Source of the DNA: a virus
Taxonomy: Duplodnaviria; Heunggongvirae; Uroviricota; Caudoviricetes
IMG/VR virus record: IMGVR_UViG_3300037484_000445
Coordinates: 323,863-387,862 of that record
Direction: 5' to 3' (one strand)
DNA length: 64,000 nt
Both the position numbers and the translations under genes were made by a program. The notes below the pieces were generated by a model. It saw only the letters and a list, made by a program, of their open reading frames with translations. It searched no databases and was not told where the DNA came from. This document shows, piece after piece, positions 55,967 through 63,034 of the stretch (positions are counted from its first letter, which is position 1; every line of letters starts with the position of its first letter).

Positions 55967-56188
55967 TTAGGGCTCGTCAGGATGTTTGACGGCTTCGGCT
56001 TCCCCTTCGGGCGTGGGAACCAAGATCAAAGTGAACTTGTCATCATTAGTGACCTTCACGAGGCCAAGCTCAACGAGCTTCTGAGCCGGCTTGTAGTTCG
56101 TGACGCAGGTGAACTTCCGAAACCCCTTGACGTGGGTGTCGACGATCTCTTTGAGCGTTCGGGCCTGGGCTGCAGTAAGCTTTGCCAT
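55967..56188 (-). CDS. Small HTH-like early protein
   Basis: MAKLTAAQ...KLVELGLV; class I promoter. Confidence 0.75.
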   Translation of the reverse strand: MAKLTAAQARTLKEIVDTHVKGFRKFTCVTNYKPAQKLVELGLVKVTNDDKFTLILVPTPEGEAEAVKHPDEP

Positions 56189-56219
56189 GGGGGTAGATAC
56201 GGGGTTGGGCGTGGGAGAG

Positions 56220-56369
56220 TTAAGGGTTACTCACGGGTTCGACGGGGGAGAGCTCGCAGGTGTGAACGAGCTCGGCATCGACTTCTTCGTCGGTTATGTC
56301 GACCTCATCGACAATTACGATGGCCTCGGGGTCGTCCCACACGTTCGGGTGTAGCACTATTTGGTTCAT
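56220..56369 (-). CDS. Small acidic protein (49 aa, not in ORF track)
   Basis: GGTGTA 10 nt upstream; MNQIVLHPNVWDDPEAIVIVDEVDITDEEVD... Confidence 0.6.
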   Translation of the reverse strand: MNQIVLHPNVWDDPEAIVIVDEVDITDEEVDAELVHTCELSPVEPVSNP

Positions 56370-56402
56370 TGGCCGTACATACACCGACTAGGCCACGTCC
56401 GT

Positions 56403-56566
56403 TCAAAAGCGGAGAGCCCCTCCCGAAAGGAAACGGGAGGGGCTCTATCCTTCAATGTCTCACCACTGAGGAACCAGGTCATGCCTAACCTGAAGCGTAC
56501 CCCTACGCTTAGCAGTGGTGAGATATCGAGTGAGGTATCTGTTGCGGTATATCAACCTCACACACC
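56403..56566 (-). ncRNA. Structured ncRNA with intrinsic terminator
   Basis: Class I promoter 56596-56567, four helices, then a 13-bp hairpin followed by TTTT. Confidence 0.65.
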
Positions 56567-56612
56567 CTAATACGGATGAAGGGGTGGGGGAGTTAAGGGG
56601 GAACGTGCGAGG

Positions 56613-56801
56613 TTAAGAGTCTTCGCTGAGGACCTCTAGTTCTTCAGGAGTGAGGGGCGCATTCGAGATGATGAAGCCAAAGCCGTCTGAGCCTTCAAAG
56701 AGGGGGTCACTATAAAGATGAAGGCCAAAAGGTTTGAGGGCTTTCTCGAGGTTCTCCTTAGAAGGTCCCCGTTTCCAATCCCAATGAATGCTTGAATGCA
56801 T
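56613..56801 (-). CDS. Small phage hypothetical protein
   Basis: GGTGTA motif upstream. Confidence 0.65.
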   Translation of the reverse strand: MHSSIHWDWKRGPSKENLEKALKPFGLHLYSDPLFEGSDGFGFIISNAPLTPEELEVLSEDS

Positions 56802-56962
56802 GTGGGTAGCTTACACCGGGGCGTTGCCGCCATCAGGGCAAAGATCTGGCTTTAAAGTGGATCCGAAAACGTGGCTTTTCGGACTTCGTTTCACGCACAA
56901 GGAATTTAGGTCTAGGTCTTAACCTCTAGCTCCCCCGTCTCGTACTAACCACATACTCCGAT

Positions 56963-57007
56963 AACCAAGAAGCCGGGACCAAGCAACAAGGGCCCGGCTT
57001 CTTGGTT
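56963..57007. terminator. 15-bp perfect hairpin
   Basis: AACCAAGAAGCCGGG / CCCGGCTTCTTGGTT. Confidence 0.7.
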
Positions 57008-57014
57008 TAAGCCT

Positions 57015-57770
57015 TCAGGTACTTCGCGCTCCCATGATCGATTCAAGTATGTCCGTATGGTATGCCCCTACGAGACCAAATCGAGGGTCAAGCACCTTTT
57101 GGATGGGGTAGCCACTCTGTTCAGAATCCCTTGTAGCTCGCTTCCCAAGGCTAGCGGCCTTGGGAAGCGAAAGCTTCATCCCGAGGATTTTAGACCAAGC
57201 CAAGATCGTGTAGAACTCGGGATCAGGCTGTCGATGCTCTTCTAACTGGGTCACCCGCTCTTCGACATTGGCGTGAGCCAGCCTGAGAGCTACTTGTTCG
57301 TCCCGGAGTCGCACAAACTCTCGAGAGATGGCAAGAGCCGTTTCCGCTTGAGCAATCAGAGGGTCGACAGAGAGAGTTATCTGCTGGGCCAAACGTCTCT
57401 CAAGTTCCTTGTGTGCCTTGATCAGCTGAACGGTCAGTTTATTGGCAATAGGTAACTCCGACTTGCTAATCAAGTACTTGGCTTGTTCGACGTTGTAGAG
57501 GGGCATTTGTACAATACGTGTTACAGCACTAGCACTCACTGAAATCCCCGTCGTGGGGACTTCGCCGAATTCATTGAGAAATTCAGTATGTCTGCTAGCT
57601 AGCTCCTCCAATTTGCTACGTTTAGCGTATCCCAGCTTCGAGGCCAATAACTCGCTAGTGATCCGCAGTTCTTGATTTTGGTCAACGTGGAATTCAAAGC
57701 CGTCTACGGGGATTATCTGGTTCATGTCGGCCCGTACACCGAGGGGCCCGAAAGCAAACCTCGTTTTCAC
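57015..57770 (-). CDS. Phage antirepressor-like protein
   Basis: ITSELLASKLGY...YNVEQAKYL; C-terminal DPRFGLVGAY. Confidence 0.7.
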   Translation of the reverse strand: MKTRFAFGPLGVRADMNQIIPVDGFEFHVDQNQELRITSELLASKLGYAKRSKLEELASRHTEFLNEFGEVPTTGISVSASAVTRIVQMPLYNVEQAKYLISKSELPIANKLTVQLIKAHKELERRLAQQITLSVDPLIAQAETALAISREFVRLRDEQVALRLAHANVEERVTQLEEHRQPDPEFYTILAWSKILGMKLSLPKAASLGKRATRDSEQSGYPIQKVLDPRFGLVGAYHTDILESIMGARST

Positions 57771-57818
57771 CCTTAACCTTTCCGTCCTCCCCCTCGTACT
57801 ATCATCATGCTGATTGAA

Positions 57819-57935
57819 GCTCCCCTAACGTAAGAGGTCGATTCCTCAGAGGGAGCGTACCGAGGCCAGCGGACGATAGTAAAGTCTCAGAAGCAATGCC
57901 TTGGTGTTCGGGTTCGATTCCCGGTGGGAGTTTCA
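57819..57935 (+). ncRNA. tRNA-like cloverleaf with enlarged D and anticodon loops
   Basis: Acceptor GCTCCCC/TGGGAGT, T8A9, D stem ACGT/GCGT, stem CCGAGGC/GCCTTGG, T arm TCGGG-TTCGATT-CCCGG; no canonical anticodon loop. Confidence 0.6.
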
Positions 57936-58039
57936 AGCAGCACCGACACCTCGGAAAGACGGGGAGTGTCCACTACCTCAGTGTGGAGGGATAGCAACGC
58001 CTAGTTGCCAGTAAACGTCCGAACCCGAAGCAAGACACC

Positions 58040-58222
58040 ATGTCAAACACCGCCAAAAAGATTGCAGCCTGGAAGCACAACGAGGCTGGTTCGTTCAGCA
58101 CACGGTCCTTCGCTCACGGTTATCGCTCCTACATGCCCAAGAGGGCTCAGAAGGCTAAGCGCAACGTTCGTCGCTTGGCGGACGTGAAAGAAGCTCGCCT
58201 GGCCTGGAAAGAAGTCTACTGA
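58040..58222 (+). CDS. Small basic protein
   Basis: 60 aa. Confidence 0.6.
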   Translation: MSNTAKKIAAWKHNEAGSFSTRSFAHGYRSYMPKRAQKAKRNVRRLADVKEARLAWKEVY

Positions 58223-58224
58223 CC

Positions 58225-58452
58225 ATGCAACTCAAGACCGTCCCAGACTACGACAACAACCACCCAAGGTGCTTCGTGCTGGTCCAGGATGGTATGTACG
58301 GCCCTTGGAAGCTCCGAGACGAGCTAGGCATCATGACCTTTCCAACCCTAGCCAGAGTGTTCCTTACGCTCGGTGGGATGATTGAGTGGGGTCGCTGGTC
58401 GGAAGAGTCCCAAACGTGGATCAGAGACATGAACGAGGGGAAGGGGATTTAG
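58225..58452 (+). CDS. Hypothetical protein
   Basis: 75 aa. Confidence 0.6.
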   Translation: MQLKTVPDYDNNHPRCFVLVQDGMYGPWKLRDELGIMTFPTLARVFLTLGGMIEWGRWSEESQTWIRDMNEGKGI

Positions 58453-58488
58453 CCCTTAACCCCCAAGTCAGCCGGACGTAAAGGAAAT

Positions 58489-58767
58489 ATGGACCAAGCT
58501 GTCACGTTCCCCCTAGGACGCCTCGTCATGACCCCCGGGGCAGAGGCCACGTTCGACGAGAAGACGCGTACAAGGTGCCTCCAACGGCACGCAAAGGGCG
58601 ATTGGGGTGAGGGTCTCGATCCCGAAGACGTAGCGACCAACAACGAAGCCGTTCGAAGCAACGGACGCCTTCTGTCTTGCTACAACATCGAGGACAAGGG
58701 GGATCTCTGGATCATAAGCGAGGCCGACCGTTCAGTTACAACCCTATTGCTCCCGAGCGAGTACTGA
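58489..58767 (+). CDS. Conserved plasmid/phage hypothetical protein
   Basis: FPLGRLVMTPGA...RHAKGDWG...IISEADRSVTTLLLPSEY. Confidence 0.85.
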   Translation: MDQAVTFPLGRLVMTPGAEATFDEKTRTRCLQRHAKGDWGEGLDPEDVATNNEAVRSNGRLLSCYNIEDKGDLWIISEADRSVTTLLLPSEY

Positions 58768-58780
58768 AAGAAGGCCCTTC

Positions 58781-59389
58781 GTGCGAGTCAAAAGTCACCC
58801 GGCATACCCCTTGGCTTGGCCCGAGGGCTGGAAGAGGACCCTTCCAAATAAACGGTCTAGAAATCTACGATACCGAATCTCCTTGAAGCAAGCTCTAAAC
58901 GAGCTCCTAGAAGAGCTTCGTAAGATGGTTGGGAACTTGAAGTATGCTGTCATTAGCAGCAATATCCCTATAAAGAGAGATGGTAACCCCTACATCACAG
59001 GGCATTCCATTAAGCCCAAGGATCCTGGCGTAGCCGTCTACTGGTATGACGTCACTGCCAAGACGGAAAGGGTTATTGCGTGTGATGCTTGGGTAGAGGC
59101 CCGAGAGAACATTCGGGCCCTTGCTTTGGCCCTAAGGGCTCTAAGACAGCTCGAACGTTGTAAGGCCACAGAGATCCTTGATCGGGCCTTCTCTGGGTTT
59201 GCTGCCCTAACGGACGGGCAAGAACCCTGGTGGGTCGTGCTGGGTGTAGAGCAAGGATCTTCCCCAGCAGTTATCAAGGATACCTATCATATTTTGGCCA
59301 AGACTCATCATCCAGATGTTGGCGGAGACCATGTTCAAATGGTCAAAATCAGCAAAGCCTATCAAGAGGCCCTAGAAGGTAACCCTTAA
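58781..59389 (+). CDS. Phage J-domain-containing protein
   Basis: YPLAWPEGWKRT; VISSN; DPGVAVYW; WWVVLGV...LAKTHHPDVGG (HPD). Confidence 0.85.
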   Translation: MRVKSHPAYPLAWPEGWKRTLPNKRSRNLRYRISLKQALNELLEELRKMVGNLKYAVISSNIPIKRDGNPYITGHSIKPKDPGVAVYWYDVTAKTERVIACDAWVEARENIRALALALRALRQLERCKATEILDRAFSGFAALTDGQEPWWVVLGVEQGSSPAVIKDTYHILAKTHHPDVGGDHVQMVKISKAYQEALEGNP

Positions 59390-59420
59390 GATTCGAGGGC
59401 TGGCCCTCGTACTATACATC

Positions 59421-59528
59421 AAGAGCACGAACTACCGGTCCTGGTCCTGGAACTGTTTAGCAGCCTGCACGTGTGAAGCGTAAGGGGATGGCCGGAGTGG
59501 TTCAGAGGTCGCAACTCTAAGTGCTCTT
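59421..59528 (+). ncRNA. Small structured RNA candidate
   Basis: Class I promoter at 59385; closing stem AAGAGCAC/GTGCTCTT; internal hairpins; no ORF. Confidence 0.45.
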
Positions 59529-59560
59529 AACTTCCAACCCACACCTAACGTACTATCATC

Positions 59561-59722
59561 ATGGACACCGAAGACACCTCCTTTGCTCGTAGGATCCAGC
59601 AGATTGCACAGCTTCTGGCCTACAAGCAGGACACTTCGAGCTTCGATCCCCTTGAGGTAGCCGCCGCCAGGATGTATCTGAAGGACCAAGAGACCCACGA
59701 AGAAATCGAAAGTCACCCTTAA
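59561..59722 (+). CDS. Small protein (53 aa, not in ORF track)
   Basis: Class I promoter TTAACT-N18-TACTAT-N4-ATG. Confidence 0.65.
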   Translation: MDTEDTSFARRIQQIAQLLAYKQDTSSFDPLEVAAARMYLKDQETHEEIESHP

Positions 59723-59752
59723 TCTTCGACGCCCACCCTTCGTACTATCACT

Positions 59753-59923
59753 ATAAAGCGAGAGGCTAAGGGCTCCGAAAGGCGGAGCCGGAACGCCCTC
59801 GGGAGGCCCACGGGTTCGGAGGGATCTGCCCACATTTTTGGGATCGTGTGGGCAGATCCCTCCGAAGCGTGCCTTCTCCGCCGGGGGTGTCCTCTCAGTG
59901 AGGCCATGGTACCCGTCGCTTAT
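59753..59923. ncRNA. Rod-like structured element, copy 2
   Basis: 18-bp core stem; convergent class I promoters; homologous to 54005-54170. Confidence 0.6.
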
Positions 59924-59997
59924 GTTAGTAGTACGGTGCGAGGGTCCTAAAGGTTAAGGGCCCTTCACACTAAATTTAGGTCTTGGAGGGAAGATAC

Positions 59998-60243
59998 CTA
60001 AGGAGTTAGTTCTAGATCCCTAGTATCGACGATGACTCGAAAGCCGTCCGACTCCTCTACAACTACTTTGTGAGCTCCGTCCGTACCAACAATGGTGCCC
60101 TTTGCGGTTGAACGGCGGTAAGCTTGAACTTGGGCACCAATTACGAGGGTCGCTTCGTGGGCCACTAGAGCCTCATAGGCCCGCAATTCCCCTTGTTCTC
60201 CACCACCAAAAGCAGCGCTTGAGTATCGATTAGTCGTTGGCAT
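59998..60243 (-). CDS. Small early protein
   Basis: Class I promoter. Confidence 0.7.
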   Translation of the reverse strand: MPTTNRYSSAAFGGGEQGELRAYEALVAHEATLVIGAQVQAYRRSTAKGTIVGTDGAHKVVVEESDGFRVIVDTRDLELTP

Positions 60244-60274
60244 GAAGACTAATACGAGGGGAGGGCCCTAAAGG

Positions 60275-60430
60275 TTAAGAGTTGTCCCTAAATTTTATGA
60301 CTTGGTAGGAGAGAATAACGAAGCCAATGCCCGCCTGAAAGGTTGCGGCCGTTTCCTCGATGTAAGCGATCGTGAGTTCTCCCTTGAGGGTCGCCCGGAT
60401 GTAGTGGATGACGGCTTCGCGGGTGTTCAT
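60275..60430 (-). CDS. Small protein (51 aa, not in ORF track)
   Basis: Class I promoter; its stop TAA forms the next -35 element. Confidence 0.6.
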   Translation of the reverse strand: MNTREAVIHYIRATLKGELTIAYIEETAATFQAGIGFVILSYQVIKFRDNS

Positions 60431-60455
60431 AAGGATAATACGGTCAGAACCCCGT

Positions 60456-60477
60456 GAAGCTTAAGGCCTTAAGCTTC
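60456..60477. promoter_or_regulatory. Back-to-back class I -35 palindrome
   Basis: GAAGCTTAAGGCCTTAAGCTTC, perfect 22-nt palindrome serving divergent genes. Confidence 0.7.
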
Positions 60478-60503
60478 GGCCGTCCTCTTCCGTATCAAGC
60501 TCC

Positions 60504-61442
60504 ATGGCAACACAGTACGCAACGTTCACGAAGGTCGGGTCGAATTGGGCCATCAAAGTTCCGGGAAAAACCAGCGTAGGGTCTCGAGTTACGACCCGCA
60601 AGAGCTCCGGAGAGACCAAGGACGTTGTTGTGACCGACGTCATTTCGTGTTCGAACGGCGTGACCGTGTGCAGCTTCCGTGACGTCGACAGCCCGGCGCC
60701 CAAGGCAGCTACCAAGCAAGCGGCAACCGACAAGTCTCGCCAAGCCCAACGTAACACCCAAAACAGATATCCCAATCGACCCTCTACGCCCCGCAAGGGT
60801 GGCGTTCAGGAGGGTAAGTACCGCTCGGTGAGGGAAGGCGAGGGGGACGACGAGGTCGGCCGCGTATGCTTCCTCAAGCACCAAGGAAACCGTGTTCCCG
60901 TGACCGTCGTCGGTTGGCAGTGCGAGTACGTTCGTGAGGACGGCCTCTCGTTCGGTATGCCCGCCGATGACGGCTGGTTCGTGTCGAGCTACTACCGGGA
61001 CGCTACGCCCGAAGAGGCCGAGGCCCTGACTACCAAGGACACGGCTCAGAAGACTGCACAGCAAGCCAAGATCGACGCCGCCAAGGCCGCCGAGCAAGCT
61101 GCCATGAGTACCGCCCGTGCCCCTCTCGAGGGCCTTGTCTCGTGTGACATGGTCGAGACCCCCGCCGGCAACCGTGACCGTGTCGGCCAGTATGGCGAGC
61201 GGCCCACCGTGACCGTCAGCCGAATCACCATGGAAGACGGGACCGTCGTCTACCTGCAAGAGTCCTACGCCTTCGACGACTATCGCAGCTGCATCTACGC
61301 CACGCCCGAGGTCATCAACCGGCTTCGTGAAGAGCGCTTGATCAAGAGCCCTACGCTCACGAAGGAAGCGGCCGAAGAGTACCTGGCCAAGTACCGCGGG
61401 TGTGTCGGCACGCCCTTCTACGAGTGGTTGGCGGCTCGCTAG
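60504..61442 (+). CDS. Phage early hypothetical protein
   Basis: 312 aa; class I promoter. Confidence 0.85.
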   Translation: MATQYATFTKVGSNWAIKVPGKTSVGSRVTTRKSSGETKDVVVTDVISCSNGVTVCSFRDVDSPAPKAATKQAATDKSRQAQRNTQNRYPNRPSTPRKGGVQEGKYRSVREGEGDDEVGRVCFLKHQGNRVPVTVVGWQCEYVREDGLSFGMPADDGWFVSSYYRDATPEEAEALTTKDTAQKTAQQAKIDAAKAAEQAAMSTARAPLEGLVSCDMVETPAGNRDRVGQYGERPTVTVSRITMEDGTVVYLQESYAFDDYRSCIYATPEVINRLREERLIKSPTLTKEAAEEYLAKYRGCVGTPFYEWLAAR

Positions 61443-62149
61443 TCATCCAAGTCTAGATCTTCGAAGAACTTGGCATCCGAGTCCTCTTCATCGGAGCCGG
61501 GATCTTCGCTCGGACGCTCGGGAACTTCGTTCTCAAGCACGCTATCCGCCGAGGGATCTGGCCTATCCTCTGCCTCATAGTTCAAGGGCATTGGCACGAC
61601 CACGTCAGGGGCACGCTCGGGAAGCTTCGGAGCCGGGAAGTTCCACGTCCCGTCAGCCTCGGCCGCGATACGCCGGTCCTCGGCCATGCTCGTGAGGTCG
61701 TTCGGAATGAACTCTGGTTCTTTGGCCTTGAGATCGCGCTCGAACTCTTCCCCAGCTTGCTCAATTCGTGCAACTAGGCCCGGAGGGTGATTATCAGTGC
61801 TCTCTTGTACCATTGGTGATGAAGGGGGTAGAGTGTTACTGTTTGATACTGTTGGTGATGAGTTACCCTGTGTAGTAACGTTTAGTAATGTTGGTGATGA
61901 AGGGGGTAGAGTGTTACTGTTTGGTACATCACTGGTCACAACAGTAATACTAGGGGAAGTAGGGGGTGTAACAGTAACAATAGTGAGGTATTGTGATAAT
62001 GCGGCCTCGACCACATCAAACATCAACACACCGTCCTGAAAGGCACGTAGGCGTAACGCTCTGTGTAGTTGGTCCGGAATGGTACCTTTGATGGCTTTAC
62101 GGCCCTGGGGGGTGGAATGGGGCTTCTTGGACGGCTTGGTATCAGGCAT
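61439..62149 (-). CDS. RHH-like DNA-binding protein with S/T/P-rich repeat and acidic tail
   Basis: IKGTIPDQLHRALRLRAFQDGVLMFDVVEAALSQYL; GGTGTA 10 nt upstream. Confidence 0.7.
   Translation of the reverse strand: MPDTKPSKKPHSTPQGRKAIKGTIPDQLHRALRLRAFQDGVLMFDVVEAALSQYLTIVTVTPPTSPSITVVTSDVPNSNTLPPSSPTLLNVTTQGNSSPTVSNSNTLPPSSPMVQESTDNHPPGLVARIEQAGEEFERDLKAKEPEFIPNDLTSMAEDRRIAAEADGTWNFPAPKLPERAPDVVVPMPLNYEAEDRPDPSADSVLENEVPERPSEDPGSDEEDSDAKFFEDLDLDD
61813..61923. repeat. 33-nt direct repeats
   Basis: TTGGTGATGAAGGGGGTAGAGTGTTACTGTTTG at 61813 and 61891; partial copy at 61852. Confidence 0.9.
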
Positions 62150-62251
62150 TCCACGCCCATACACCGAAGTCCCCTTAAGGTTCGGCCCCTTCGGCCCGTA
62201 TTGGTCTTGAGAGTTCGAGGTCCGAGAGGCCTCGGTAATTGAAACACCTAC

Positions 62252-62650
62252 ATGTTGATCGCCCAGATCCCAGAAGAAGAGGTTGTCAGTTTGGACGACT
62301 TCTATCCCATCGTCCTGGGCATACAGTTGACGCCCACGCAGCCGAGCAAGAGCGGCCCATTTCGTGCCATTCTAGGCCCTGATTGGTGCTTCTCGCCTAG
62401 GTACACGCCCTATGAGGGGCAGGAGGGGGACCTCTGTGTGCTTGCCCTACAGGACCTCGAGGCCGCACCTGGGGACAAGCTCACGTGGGCCCTCGTTGTG
62501 CGTAAGCTTGGCACACCCCTCAGCCTACACGGCTATGGCCCTACCCTACATGAGGCCATCGAGAGCATATGTGCTGACCTCGAGGACCTAGCTGATGCCA
62601 CATCGTGGCTACAACTACACCTACTCACTTTGGCTAACGCACGTGTGTGA
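62252..62650 (+). CDS. Hypothetical protein with HicB-like motif
   Basis: LHGYGPTLHEAIESI; class I promoter at 62175. Confidence 0.6.
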   Translation: MLIAQIPEEEVVSLDDFYPIVLGIQLTPTQPSKSGPFRAILGPDWCFSPRYTPYEGQEGDLCVLALQDLEAAPGDKLTWALVVRKLGTPLSLHGYGPTLHEAIESICADLEDLADATSWLQLHLLTLANARV

Positions 62651-63034
62651 GGTGTGTATGCGCAACCTAAGAACGACATGTATGATCGTGGTAGCCCATT
62701 CTTCTGGGCATCTAGATACAGTGTCCTATTCTGGGCGATAGTGAGCACACTCACTCTCATTGTGTGTCACATGTGTCAGACATAGATCGTGCCAAGATGT
62801 GTTGGCATGCTTCATGACACACAGGCCGCAGGGCCCGCCGTAAAACAGGCCGGCCCCAGAACCGCTCGATTATCCGTCCGGTTCTCCCCGGACTGTAAAA
62901 ATGGCGTATCCAGTCTATACGTAATATTCTGTGGCAAAAGGGTGAAACTGCCCAAACAAGCCCTAAACAAGGCTGGTGGTGCTACGACAGGGGGCCTTAG
63001 AGATAGAGCTTCTGTCGTGTTAGGTATCAAAATT

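Noticed and set aside
57819-57935. Functional canonical tRNA or tmRNA
   Set aside because: No 7-nt anticodon loop with U33, no encoded CCA, and no tmRNA 5' motif or tag ORF.
59719-59907. 62-aa ORF across rod element 2 (and 59432-59833)
   Set aside because: No promoter-spaced start, biased composition, and the frame is not conserved in the homologous copy 1.
60495-61259. Long antisense ORFs (also 31022-31531, 55194-55745, 15295-15735, 49858-50475, 55982-56488)
   Set aside because: Shadow frames of better-supported genes that have promoter motifs and phage-like composition.
218-61400. Avoidance of CCGCGG implying an active Eco29kI-type specificity
   Set aside because: The site occurs several times in the window.
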